Shown: positions 39,177-50,400 of the stretch, piece by piece | How the letters are laid out: each line of letters begins with the position of its first letter | How positions within the stretch are numbered: position 1 is the first letter of the stretch | Assembly (NCBI GenBank): GCA_048938105.1 | Contig: JBHLMN010000021.1 | Location: forward strand, 41,699-105,698 | Source: Promethearchaeota archaeon | GTDB taxonomy: Archaea; Asgardarchaeota; Heimdallarchaeia; Hodarchaeales; Hodarchaeaceae | DNA: 64,000 nucleotides | Reading direction: 5' to 3' | Translations under genes and position numbers: made by a program | The notes under the pieces: model-generated | The model's database searches: none | What the model was told of the DNA's origin: nothing | The model's input: the letters and a program-made list of their open reading frames with translations, nothing else

Positions 39177-41777
39177 ATGTTCCGATTATATTCAAGTTTA
39201 AAACCTTTTTACGAAAGATTTCTCCAGAGAGGTCAGTCTTATGGACTATCTTCTCATGAAATCCATGAAATGGCCTTAAACTATTTTATTAAATTTCTAG
39301 GGGTGATTATATTAACATCATGGGAGAGTCGGAACACCAACAATATGATTTTACTCGCAAATACTCGTAAAATTAGAATGTCAATTCATGAAATTTTATT
39401 TCAGAAAGATAGTCAGAGTGTGCAACTCTTCATAAACGGAATACCTTCCATACTCCAGGAGATACTCGAATTATCACATCAAGAGGCCCAATTTAAAGAT
39501 TCATTAACATCTGAAGAGTGGGATGAACTCATAGAGTTACTTCTTGCAAATCAATGGACGATAGCTGAAACTTTTAAAAGTGTCAAAGGGAACGAAAAGC
39601 AAATTTCTCCTGAATTTCTTTCTTATTTTTATGAAAATGTTCTAAATGATTTTGAAAATTTTTTCAGTTTAACTCCGAAAGTATCTAAGAGAAAACATAA
39701 AGGGGTTTATTATACTCCTTGGCGTATCATCCGTGAGATTACAGATAAGTGTCTAGACCACTATGAGTCTAAAAATTCTCAACTGTCTCAAAGTAAGGGG
39801 AAGTATATAAGAATCCTTGACCCAAGCTGCGGAACAGGGTCATTTCTTGTTTATAGTGCAGAAAGCCTTTATCAACGATTAAAAAGGAATATTAATCCAA
39901 ATATTTCTCCTTACAAAATTGTTGAATGTTGTATTTATGGGACAGACCTTTCTTCAAGTAGTTTAACAGTTGCCAAAATTAGATTATTGTTTTGGATTCT
40001 TAATTTAAACCCTAATACTTTAGGTTCACTTCCCTATTGGCTATTTAGAAACATTTGTGCTGGAAACAGTTTATTCGGGCTTTGTAAAGAGAGAATTCAA
40101 TATCCTCTGGACTATTCTACAACTCTTTCACGAATCAACTTGTATTTAGAGACAGATTATGAAAAGAAACATGATGAATTTACTGGAGTAGATGAAAACT
40201 GGCTTAAATCTAGTCTTAGAATCAAACAGGCAAAAACTAAGCATCTGTCTTCTAATTCACATCTAAATGTGATTCACAAAGCAGAGAAAGAGCTTTCATC
40301 TCTCGTAAATACTTTTTATCAGAATTGGTTAGAAAATCGGATACGTAATTATCCACGTCCCGTCCCTCTAAAGAGAAAGGAATTAGACACAATCATTCCA
40401 TTTCATTGGGGAATATCATTCCCCGAAGTGATTCTACAAGGTGGATTTGATGTAATAATAGGAAATCCTCCCTATGGAAGATCAATCCTTTCAAAATTGG
40501 AAAAATCTCTGTTGAAATTAGTGTATAAATCATGTTCGGGTCAAAATCCTAAAAAGTATAGCTTAAATGCTGCCAGCGCTTTTGTTGAAAGATCTATTAC
40601 TCTTTTAAGACAATACGGAACATTAGGTTTAATTGTACCTTTCTCTATTCTAAGAGTAGAGGAATTTGAAAATCTGCGTCATTTTATTCTAGAAAGAACG
40701 ATGATCTGGAGAATTGATGATGAATCAGCTGCTTTTACTGATGTTACTTTAGAAATGTGTTCTATCTTCTTATTTAAGAGAATTGAACCTGATTATGAAG
40801 TTTCCATTAGTCCTCGACCAGAAATTAATGCAGAACCAAGTGTTCATATCAGTGTTTTCAAAAAATACAGCCGCTATATGATCTATTACAATAATTTATG
40901 GGATAAAGCAGCCAGTCAAGGGTTGGTCATGAATGGAGTTGTAAGTGGTGACTACGGAATAGACCACAGAATTTTAAAAAAGGACTTAAGTTCAAAATTT
41001 ACCCCAAAATACCCTATTTGTTACTTACACTCTGGACGAAGTGTGGTAAAATTTGCATTAAATCCTCAGTATTTCCAGTGGTCAAAACCTCATCCAACTA
41101 ATGAACGTTTTACAACTTATTTTCGAGAACCTCGTCTAGTGACTACAGCTATCGGTAATCGATTTAGAGTCGCTTATAAACCAGAAAAAATTGTACCAGG
41201 TACCAATGTTTCTATCTTAGAGATTGGAAATTCCTATCACTACTTTCCTATGCTTATTCTATTAAATTCTGATCTTATAAATTATCTTTTAAAGAGATAT
41301 ATTCTTAATTTTAGTCACTTAACAGTTTATCTTCATAAGTATTATACAAAAATGCTTCCAATTAAATATCCTCGAGAATTTGAAGAGGAATTCAAAATCC
41401 TCGCTAGTTATCTTATTTTTCTCAATCAAGCTAATCTCTGTGGGAAGTTATCTACTGATAAACGATTTGAATTTATATTTAACCTAGCAAATTATTTGGT
41501 TTTTGATCTTTATTTCCCAGAAATTCTAGGGATTTCTTCAAATTTAGCGGTTAAAGTTAGAAAATATTTGAAACCCATTGAAATAGAGTCCTTTCTTGAT
41601 CTAATCCTCTTTCAGGAATCTGAAACTGATCCAAAAATGTTATCACGGATAATTAGTTCTAATTGGAGGATTATTCGCCATGTCTCCAATCGGTTGAGAG
41701 ATGATGAGGAAGTACATCAGTATAAAAAGACTATATTTAACCATGAAATTGTAAGATGTATTCGTAAAGAGCTTTAA
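39177..41777 (+). CDS. Large N6-adenine methyltransferase (Eco57I/TaqI-like)
   Basis: RKHKGVYYTP, LDPSCGTGSFL, GNSL, FHWGISFPEV, GFDVIIGNPPY. Confidence 0.9.
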   Translation: MFRLYSSLKPFYERFLQRGQSYGLSSHEIHEMALNYFIKFLGVIILTSWESRNTNNMILLANTRKIRMSIHEILFQKDSQSVQLFINGIPSILQEILELSHQEAQFKDSLTSEEWDELIELLLANQWTIAETFKSVKGNEKQISPEFLSYFYENVLNDFENFFSLTPKVSKRKHKGVYYTPWRIIREITDKCLDHYESKNSQLSQSKGKYIRILDPSCGTGSFLVYSAESLYQRLKRNINPNISPYKIVECCIYGTDLSSSSLTVAKIRLLFWILNLNPNTLGSLPYWLFRNICAGNSLFGLCKERIQYPLDYSTTLSRINLYLETDYEKKHDEFTGVDENWLKSSLRIKQAKTKHLSSNSHLNVIHKAEKELSSLVNTFYQNWLENRIRNYPRPVPLKRKELDTIIPFHWGISFPEVILQGGFDVIIGNPPYGRSILSKLEKSLLKLVYKSCSGQNPKKYSLNAASAFVERSITLLRQYGTLGLIVPFSILRVEEFENLRHFILERTMIWRIDDESAAFTDVTLEMCSIFLFKRIEPDYEVSISPRPEINAEPSVHISVFKKYSRYMIYYNNLWDKAASQGLVMNGVVSGDYGIDHRILKKDLSSKFTPKYPICYLHSGRSVVKFALNPQYFQWSKPHPTNERFTTYFREPRLVTTAIGNRFRVAYKPEKIVPGTNVSILEIGNSYHYFPMLILLNSDLINYLLKRYILNFSHLTVYLHKYYTKMLPIKYPREFEEEFKILASYLIFLNQANLCGKLSTDKRFEFIFNLANYLVFDLYFPEILGISSNLAVKVRKYLKPIEIESFLDLILFQESETDPKMLSRIISSNWRIIRHVSNRLRDDEEVHQYKKTIFNHEIVRCIRKEL

Positions 41778-42012
41778 TTCGAGCCCAAAAAAGAATATCA
41801 GATCACTGTTATGTTTTATTAGTTATAAAGCGCTTTTTTTGATGTCATATTTATTCTCAATGACTCTACAAGTTTTAGCATAGATTTTTTCATTTACAAA
41901 CCTTAATAGTTATTGGTTGTTATCCAATTATTATCTTAATAATGAAACTCTATTAGAAAATCATGTTTAACTGTACAATTCGTCTCCTACTTCTTTAAAG
42001 GATTCCTTAATA

Positions 42013-43113
42013 ATGAGAAAAGATGTTAGAGTATTTTTAATAGATGATTCTGCAGTTGTACGACAACAAATCTCTCAAATGATAAAGAGAAGTCAAAAGA
42101 ATATATCTGTTGTTGGAACCGCAATGAATGGACGAGTAGCATTAGAAAGAATGATGCTTCCTCGGAACAAATCTGATGTTATAATAACAGATATCGTTAT
42201 GCCCGAAATGGATGGAATAGAAACAATTAATCATATTATGGATCGATTTCCCACACCGATAATCGTCATTTCTGCTTTGAGAAGAAAAGAGGAAATTGAT
42301 GTTGCATTATCAGAGTTAGGAGTATCTGCTTTCGAATCTGGGACTGTGGAGTTTGTTCGAAAACCAAACCCTGATGATTCAGAAGATAAAAAACGATTTG
42401 AAAAAGAACTGATACACAAAATTATTAGTCTTTCAAAGATTGATTTCCTAAAAATCTTCTCAATTTTTAACGTGGAATCGTTATTAAAAGAAGACTCATT
42501 AATTAAACCACTATTAAAAGAGCCTCCAAAAGCTATATGGAAAAAACATAGGGCAAAAATCATCGTTATTGGAGCCTCGACAGGAGGTCCAAGAGCCATC
42601 TCAATGATTCTATCAATGTTGCCCATTAATTTTCCACCAATTCTAGTTATTCAACATATGCCTGGGGGTATGGTTAAACCTTGGGTTTGTAGGTTACAAA
42701 AAACATACCCAAATTTAAAGATCCGTGTTGCAAGAGATGGGCGTATTTTAGAGCCTAATTGCATTTATATCGCTCCTTCAGGTAAACATTGCTATATCAA
42801 CGAGAGGAAGAGAATTCAGTTAAAGGATGGAGAAAAAGTCAATTTTGTTATTCCGGCAGCAGATGTGACCTTTAAATCAGCAGCAATGGTTTTTAGAGAG
42901 AATACTCTTGGAATCATTCTCACAGGGATGGGACAAGATGGATGTAAAGGTGCAGAACATATTAAAATTGTTGGCGGGAAAATTATTGCAGAAGATGAAT
43001 CTACAAGTGTTATAAATTCTATGCCAAAAGCAGTAATTGAGGCAAATCTAGCTGATAGAATTTCCCCTTTGTATAAAATTCCAAATACAATCCGTGGGAT
43101 AGGCTGGATCTAA
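42013..43113 (+). CDS. cheB: Chemotaxis response regulator protein-glutamate methylesterase
   Basis: REC (IDDS, DIVMPEMDG); catalytic GASTGGP, QHMP, TGMGQDG. Confidence 0.95.
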   Translation: MRKDVRVFLIDDSAVVRQQISQMIKRSQKNISVVGTAMNGRVALERMMLPRNKSDVIITDIVMPEMDGIETINHIMDRFPTPIIVISALRRKEEIDVALSELGVSAFESGTVEFVRKPNPDDSEDKKRFEKELIHKIISLSKIDFLKIFSIFNVESLLKEDSLIKPLLKEPPKAIWKKHRAKIIVIGASTGGPRAISMILSMLPINFPPILVIQHMPGGMVKPWVCRLQKTYPNLKIRVARDGRILEPNCIYIAPSGKHCYINERKRIQLKDGEKVNFVIPAADVTFKSAAMVFRENTLGIILTGMGQDGCKGAEHIKIVGGKIIAEDESTSVINSMPKAVIEANLADRISPLYKIPNTIRGIGWI

Positions 43114-43116
43114 TCT

Positions 43117-44313
43117 TTAATCCCTTCGAATATAGATTCTATTATGAGCATCGATGATCTCGAACTTTTTCCTAACCTTTGGAGGAAGAAGTTCACATTT
43201 TCCAAGCACTAAATACCCATGAGATTTTAGAATGGAATGAAATCGTTGAAAAAGGGAAATACTTTGAGATCTTGAGAAATATATCAAAACATTTCGGCAC
43301 ATAATTAAGTCAAAATTCTTAGCTGGAGGCGGAGATCGAAGATCGTGTTTCTTAAACGTAACTGTCTGTCTTATTTCAGGTGATAATTCAAAAATCCCTT
43401 TATCTATAGATTTAAAAAAAGTTTGAATTTCTAATGAATCCATTTCACATAAATAATCTTTTGTATAACGTCCTTGTTTTGCCTTTTTTAACAATTCTTG
43501 CGAGATATCAGTGGCAAGAATATGTACATTCTCATTGATCGTTTCTTTGAAAAATTTACTTATCACAATCGCAATACTATAGGGTTCAGGGCCAACTGCA
43601 CACCCTGCACTCCAAATTCTAACTGATTTCGAATCTTTTTGTAAAAGACTAGGAAAAATGTCCTGCTCTAGTTTATAAAATAACTCTTTATCACGAAAAA
43701 AGCGAGTAACGTTTACAGAAAGGCAATCAACAAGTAAATTAAGTTCTTCGGGATTTTTCTCAAGATATTTAAGATAATCTCTATAAGATTGGAGTTTAGC
43801 TCTTTTTATTCTAATCTGAAGGCGTCTAAGGAAGTAATTTTTCTTATAAGCCTGATAATTAATATTCTTAGTAGAAAGAAATTTCATTATGGAAGGAAGG
43901 AATTGAGGATCATCTGGTTCCTTGATTTCAAAAAGGAATTCTTGGATCTTTGATGTGTCGAATTTTCTCTGTTTCGTTTTAGTTTTCTTTTTTGGCTTTA
44001 TATTTCTTGTATATTCTTGTAATCTTTTTTTCCTTTTTCTAGAAGGAGTATATGGTTGATTAATGTAATAATTTTTATTATTCAAGCATGATAATATGTT
44101 TTCACAAATTTCCTGATTATTCCTAGCGTGATTAAGCATACTAGAATAATTAGTAAACCCCATCTTTCTCCGAATAAATTTCAAATTCTTTTTTATGTTA
44201 TCTTCATCTTGGAGGATATAATCTTCCTTTTTTTGGCGGAGGAATCTTATTAGCTCTTCTAGACCCTCATTTGATTCTAAATCAACGGTAAACTTCTTAT
44301 AACTGTTCTGCAT
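43117..44313 (-). CDS. cheR: Chemotaxis methyltransferase with duplicated N-terminal domain
   Basis: NVTRFFRD, IWSAGCA.G.EPYSIA, ATDIS, DLIMCRNVLIYF, GYLVLG..E. Confidence 0.95.
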   Translation of the reverse strand: MQNSYKKFTVDLESNEGLEELIRFLRQKKEDYILQDEDNIKKNLKFIRRKMGFTNYSSMLNHARNNQEICENILSCLNNKNYYINQPYTPSRKRKKRLQEYTRNIKPKKKTKTKQRKFDTSKIQEFLFEIKEPDDPQFLPSIMKFLSTKNINYQAYKKNYFLRRLQIRIKRAKLQSYRDYLKYLEKNPEELNLLVDCLSVNVTRFFRDKELFYKLEQDIFPSLLQKDSKSVRIWSAGCAVGPEPYSIAIVISKFFKETINENVHILATDISQELLKKAKQGRYTKDYLCEMDSLEIQTFFKSIDKGIFELSPEIRQTVTFKKHDLRSPPPAKNFDLIMCRNVLIYFSRSQSISLFQRFHSILKSHGYLVLGKCELLPPKVRKKFEIIDAHNRIYIRRD

Positions 44314-44438
44314 TGTTTTATATCCTAGTTTTCAACCATTCATCAGTTTCTTAAGGATTCTCTATCAAATGTTGAAAATACAGCAGATATTCTCAGAAAT
44401 GTGAATCAATCCTTCTAATTCTCATCAAAATAGTTAAT

Positions 44439-45083
44439 TCAGAATTCTTCTCCAAACAAGGCAATCATGAATTTTTCAAAAGTTTCTAGATGAGGTACAA
44501 TTGCTAGATCGACAGTGATATTTCTTTCTGAAGTAAAAACATCACATTCAATGAACAAGACTGAAGTTATATTTTTTCGTATATCATTCAATTCATGTTC
44601 AGCACAAGAAACAAGAGTACCTATGCGTAGTTTGGGCGGTGAAGGGAATGAATTCGCCTTTAGAAAATAGTTTAAAGCTTCAATATATTTTAATGATAGA
44701 ATTGAACCAGTTTCCTTTATTAAAGACCTGTATAGAGGTGGTATGTCCCCAATAGTGTTAATCTCACCCTCGGGTTGAGAAGTCATGAGTCCGATTATTT
44801 TCAAAACGCTTTCTCTATCAAAAAAAACTAGGAGAGTATAGAGTATATCACTTACGGTAGTTGAAGATATAATCGCTAATTCTTGATCCATTGGCATCCC
44901 AATTATTTCAGGAATATCCTGTAATTGCTGAACTGCAACTTTAGGAATACTCATGTAGGTAGCTCGGTTTAGAAATTGTGTTAAGGCAATTGCTGCGTGT
45001 CCTGCACCAATATTTCCAACTTCTTGAAGAGCATCTAGATGATAATCTGATAATTTTTCAATTTTGTAATGTGTTTCATGCAA
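44439..45083 (-). CDS. cheC: CheC family CheY-P phosphatase
   Basis: DALQEVGNIGAGHAAIAL; second site SLIKETGSI (N replaced by S); PSPP. Confidence 0.9.
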   Translation of the reverse strand: MHETHYKIEKLSDYHLDALQEVGNIGAGHAAIALTQFLNRATYMSIPKVAVQQLQDIPEIIGMPMDQELAIISSTTVSDILYTLLVFFDRESVLKIIGLMTSQPEGEINTIGDIPPLYRSLIKETGSILSLKYIEALNYFLKANSFPSPPKLRIGTLVSCAEHELNDIRKNITSVLFIECDVFTSERNITVDLAIVPHLETFEKFMIALFGEEF

Positions 45084-46977
45084 GAACTTTCGCCTCCAAG
45101 AAATTCATTGGATCGATTATTAACACTACCTTCCCTCCTTCTAACACTGTCGCACCTGAGAATGCGCCTACTTGACTAAGAAAGTTTTGAATGGGTTTCA
45201 TAACGACATCACGTTCTCCTAATAATTCATTAACAAGGAATCCCATACTACGGTTCCCTTTTCGCCATAAAACTACAATCTCTTTCTGCAAATCCTTAAA
45301 ACTTGAAGAGCGAACTTTCTCACTATCAGGCTTTTCTTGTGATGAATAAAACTTCAAACGATCACGTAAGTCTATAATAGGAACAGAAGAATTATCAACT
45401 ATGATCGATTTAGCTGAGGTCATAGAATCTACAAGTATTTTACTAACTGGAACAGAAAGAATTTGTTCAATATTAGCCATTGGAATTGCAAACTGGTGTT
45501 TTTTTACCGATAACATCAGAACTTTCGTAATAGCGACTGATAATGGGATAACTAGGCGAAATGCTGTGTACTTTCCAGGTTCAGAATCTACCTCAATATT
45601 TCCTCCCACTGACTCCATGGTTCCTTTTACAACATTCAATCCTACCCCTCTGCCTGATATTTCAGTCGTTTCGTCCGCAGTAGAAAAGTTCTTATCAAAA
45701 AGTAAAGCATGAATGTCATTCTTCCCTAGAAAGGTTCCAGGAATAATTAAACCTTGGTTCTCTGCCTTTTCTCTAATTTTATCATAATCAATACCTCGGC
45801 CATTATCCCTAACCTCAATAATGATATCTGAGCGTTCATGAGTCACGGTGAGCTTAATAGTTCCCATAGGATCCTTATTCTTCTTGACTCGCTCTTCAGG
45901 TGTTTCTATTCCATGACTGATTGCGTTTCGTAACAAATGATTAAGCGGATCGACCAATTTTTCGATAACCGAACGATCGACTCCTATATTTCTACCACTA
46001 ATGAGAAAATCAACATGTTTTCCTTCTTTCTGGCTTAAATCACGAATCATTCTTGGAAATCGTGTGAGAATGGTCTCTAGTGGAACTAGTCGCATTCTAA
46101 TAACTAGATCCTGTATGTTAGCAATAGTCCGTTCAAAATTAGACAGATTCTCTTTAAAGGATCTAGAATAAGCTTGTTGCTCTCCTATTTCCCTGATAAA
46201 TTGCCCAGAAATTACAAGATCGCCTAGTAAACGGATAATATGATCTAAATCTTCAAGATTGACCCTGACGGTTAAAGCCTCTTGAGCTTCTTCCATTTTA
46301 CCAGCTTTTTCAGTAGCGGTAACTGATTCTAAAATTCGTGATATATTGACAGATACAACATCAGGTGCTTCTTCCACGATTTGACTGATGACTTCTTCAT
46401 CCTCTTGAGTAGTTATCTCAATGATAAACTCTTTAAATGAAGCCCCTGTTTCAATTTCTTCAAGAGAAGGCTTAGTACTGCTAATAGTTGCTTTTTCTTG
46501 CAGTTTTTTTATTAGAACAAGACTCCTTGCGCCAACAACTTTACATTCAGGACTATAAAGAACCCTGATCTGAAGTTTGCTGCCCAAATTTATTATGAAC
46601 TCATCAATTGAAGCCATTTGTTGCGTCAATTCATCAAAACGGAGTAGTTCAGGACTTTGGCCTCCTTTTAGGGAGCTTGCGAGTCTTTCTAGTTCATCTA
46701 CAAATATAAACAAGAGTTTAATGACTTTAGAAAAATCCTCTCTGTCTGTATCAATTACTAGATTTTCCATACTATGGGTTATAGAACTGATTTTCGGAAA
46801 TCCTGATAATGAAAAAAGGCCTTTGAGATTGTGCAGCACTCGTAGAATATCATCATATGGTTCTTTCTTCATTGGATCCTTTTCTAGAATCAATAATCCT
46901 GAATTTAATTCCTCAATTCTTTCAGTTAACTCTAGAATCATGACCTTTTTGAATTCTTCCGACTCAAATTCGCTCAT
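45076..46977 (-). CDS. cheA: Chemotaxis histidine kinase
   Basis: HPt LHNLKG, RLVP, HLLRNAISHG, DNGRG, FST, SGRGVG, C-terminal CheW (P5) domain. Confidence 0.95.
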   Translation of the reverse strand: MSEFESEEFKKVMILELTERIEELNSGLLILEKDPMKKEPYDDILRVLHNLKGLFSLSGFPKISSITHSMENLVIDTDREDFSKVIKLLFIFVDELERLASSLKGGQSPELLRFDELTQQMASIDEFIINLGSKLQIRVLYSPECKVVGARSLVLIKKLQEKATISSTKPSLEEIETGASFKEFIIEITTQEDEEVISQIVEEAPDVVSVNISRILESVTATEKAGKMEEAQEALTVRVNLEDLDHIIRLLGDLVISGQFIREIGEQQAYSRSFKENLSNFERTIANIQDLVIRMRLVPLETILTRFPRMIRDLSQKEGKHVDFLISGRNIGVDRSVIEKLVDPLNHLLRNAISHGIETPEERVKKNKDPMGTIKLTVTHERSDIIIEVRDNGRGIDYDKIREKAENQGLIIPGTFLGKNDIHALLFDKNFSTADETTEISGRGVGLNVVKGTMESVGGNIEVDSEPGKYTAFRLVIPLSVAITKVLMLSVKKHQFAIPMANIEQILSVPVSKILVDSMTSAKSIIVDNSSVPIIDLRDRLKFYSSQEKPDSEKVRSSSFKDLQKEIVVLWRKGNRSMGFLVNELLGERDVVMKPIQNFLSQVGAFSGATVLEGGKVVLIIDPMNFLEAKVLA

Positions 46978-47040
46978 CGGTTCACAACCTTATTCAGAAT
47001 GTCTTAACAGGTATTGGTCACTAGCCAATTCCTTGGGAGT

Positions 47041-47400
47041 TCAGTTAAGAGCTCCTTCAACAGCTTGGACTAATTGGTCTACTTTGAATGGTTTTATTAC
47101 AAAATCTTTGGCACCAATTTTCAAGGCTTGTCGAACCAGGGGTTCATGTCCTAGTGCTGTAACTATTACAATTCTTGCCTTTGGATCCATTTCCATGATT
47201 TCTTTGACAGCCATTAACCCATTCATCTTTGGCATTACAACGTCCATAGTCACAACATTTGGCATATTTTGCTTGTATTGCTCAATTGCTTCTAAACCTG
47301 TCTCGGCTTCAGCTACAACCGTATGTCCATGTTTCTTTAGGATTTTCCGAATCATCAGCCGTAGATATTTTGAATCATCTACAATCAATACTTTTGCCAT
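47041..47400 (-). CDS. cheY: Chemotaxis response regulator
   Basis: VLIVDDS, MDVVMPKMNG, TALG, FVIKPF. Confidence 0.93.
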   Translation of the reverse strand: MAKVLIVDDSKYLRLMIRKILKKHGHTVVAEAETGLEAIEQYKQNMPNVVTMDVVMPKMNGLMAVKEIMEMDPKARIVIVTALGHEPLVRQALKIGAKDFVIKPFKVDQLVQAVEGALN

Positions 47401-47402
47401 AT

Positions 47403-50400
47403 TTATTCAATCCTTTCTTTTACCTTTTTTACTAGTGTATTTAGATTCTTTTCAGTTAACATTTTTGTTATGAACTCGTTTTCAATAATATATACTGGTA
47501 ACGAGATACTTTCATCTGTAAACATATTTTTACAAACCTTTTTTCCCTCCAGAAAAATATTTGTACTTTCACAAGGAATTAAATCTTCCTTGAATTTTGT
47601 TACTACCCCAATGATATTAATAGTAGGAACAAGGAAAGCTTGACTTTGATGTTCAAGTAAAATGAAATATTTACTCTTACTTAATTCTGTTCGTTTTTCA
47701 ACTCCTAAAATTAACGCTGCTATATCAATGATAGGCAACCTGACATTATTAACCGATGTGATACCTAAAATCGGATGATTTTCTAAATCAATATTTTCTA
47801 TAGAAAGAGAAGAATGCACACTTCGAACGAATTCAATATCGAATGCAAGAAAATTCTGCTGCAATCTAAAGGCGAAAAAATCCAAACGAATCCCCTTCTG
47901 ACGATAAAATAATATTAATTCCAGTTCTTTTCGTCTTTCTCTGATTGTTTCAAGTTTTTCTATTTCATCAGGTAATAGTCTTGATGGAAATTCCTTCTTG
48001 ATGTTCTTTATCAACAGTACATTCCGAAGTAAGATATTAGTTTCCTCAATTAGAGCTGTTGGACTCATAATCATACCAAGTGCGCTTTGATATGAAAAAA
48101 AACCAGAAATAATTGGTGAAAGTGCCTTAGCTGAAATTCCCAATTCTGTTTGAAAAGATTCGAAATTTTGGACAAGAATTTTTCTTATTACATTATCTAC
48201 AAGGAATACTACTTCTATATTCTTCTTGACGTCACTGATAAGAATCCCAACAGCCTTTTTTGGTTTATTATACTTAGTTGGTTTTCCTCTCAAAATATAG
48301 CTAAAATTGATCAGGGGTACAATATCAGTATGTATTGCTGCTCCTAGTATTGCTTCATGAGAAAATTCTTTGTATAGAAGATCATCTTGGTTGATCACTT
48401 GCACAACATAAGTTGAATCAATGAAGAAAGTCAAACCTTCATCCTCAAATAGAAGCCCTTCTTCATTTGTTTCAAGTTGATACAAGGATTCATAAACTGG
48501 ATTTTTAAAGTGAAAGACTTGAGTACTTTCCTGTTCCAGAATAATAGGATTATCAGCTATTTGAAAAAGATACTCAATGTTTAATACGAGAATGATCTGT
48601 TCAGCTTGATTTATTAAGATACTCTTCAGATAATGAATGGAGTCTCTACCATTATTTACCTGTTCAAGTATGGGATGGAGATTAGTCTCGTCTATCTCAA
48701 TAATTTCTTGAATTTCATCTACAAAGAGGGCAATCTGTTGACCTTTAGCCTTAATGATTAAAACTAAAACGTCTGTATTTAACAAAGCACTATCTTCATG
48801 GATATCTGTAGAAGAAGGAACCAATATTTCTGCTAGATCTAAAGCACAAAGAACTTCACCTCGGAAGTTAATTGTCCCAACAATGGCTTTGGGTGAATTA
48901 GGTACCTTGGTAATGTTTGTAACATTGAAGATTTCAACAATATAACTGTTTGGAACCAATATGTTGAAATTATGAACTGAAACTATCGTTCCTTTAGATT
49001 TGGTTTTCTGGGGGAAAATAACTGGTTTTTCAGTACTTCTACCTAGATTAAATGCTGGAGTAGAGAGATTCTGTCGGAGGTCGATATTATATTCTTCAGA
49101 ACTCTTTGATAATTCCATAGGAGCAAATAATAGCTTATTTTCTTCAATAAACTGATTATGTGATTGTTCCAAATCAAAAATAAGCTGATCGAAGACTTTC
49201 TCATGTTTAATCAGAACTACAATCTTATTATCATATCTAAAAGCTTTATTAAAGTATAAACACTCTCTTGAACTTGTTAGATTGACTAGATCAGTAATTT
49301 GCGATCCTTCAGGTATTTCAATAGATCCCAAGACACTTTCAACTTTAAAAATGATTTTTTTACCTTCATGATCCAATGCAATGTAACTTTCTCGTTTTTC
49401 CAGAGACTTGGAGGTCACAAGTTTCGAATTCTCGCTATAAAAGAATAATTCTAGATCGATTACAGGGACAACCTCACCACGAAATGTAGTAGAACCTATA
49501 AAATAGCGAACAGTGTTGGCCAATGGAGTAATTGTTAATGTCTGGAGAATTTGAATTACGGTAGTACTCATCAAGGCATAATTATCCCCTAATAATGTAA
49601 TCAAGACAAGTTTTTCACCAAGAGTGGTTTCATTAGTGATCCTCATCTTTGAGGTTACGCCTTGAATGGGGGTGTCAAAGAGAATAATTTTGTTGAAATC
49701 CTGTTTTAATACTACAGGATTAGCAGCAACTTGGAGAAGATAATCTACATTTAACACTAGAATCATATGGCCCGAATGGTCGAGCATGACACCTTTGAAA
49801 TAGTAATCAGAAGTTATATCAGTGGAAGAAGTAAAGATTGGTCGAAGTTCAGCCTCAGCTATCTCAACTATTTCCTGAATCTCGTCAACAAGGAGAGCAA
49901 CCTGTTCATCAGCAATCTCAAGAATTAAAGCCTCAATATCCGTATTATGATACATTTCTGACTTTTTATTATCAGTAGAATTGGGTATCAGTATTTCTGA
50001 TAGGCTTAAAGCACTAATGACGTTACCACGAAAATTAATTGCACCTACAACAGCTTTTGCTGCATTAGGTACCTTAGTTAAACTTTGAATGTTAAAAATC
50101 TCGACAATGTGATCGTTTGGAACCAAGATATCTAAACCCCGAACCGAAATCACCGTTGCCGTCTTTGTACCTCTTCGACCACTACCAACTATTTTTCTAA
50201 TACCCAAATTAACAGTAGCTGGGACTGGTACCGAGGATTTCTGTCCAAGGCCGATATTATATTCTTCAAGACTCTCTGGTATTTCTATAGGAGTAAATAA
50301 TATTTGATTTTCTTCAATAAACTGATTTTGTGATTCCTCTAACTCATAGATGACTCGATTGAGGATTTGATTAAAGTCAAGAACAACAATAATTTCACCA

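Noticed and set aside
46577-47473. 298-aa plus-strand ORF
   Set aside because: Antisense to cheA/cheY, Ser/Ile-rich with no motif; typical shadow ORF. The same applies to 29977-30525, 51947-52519, 19673-20125 and similar.
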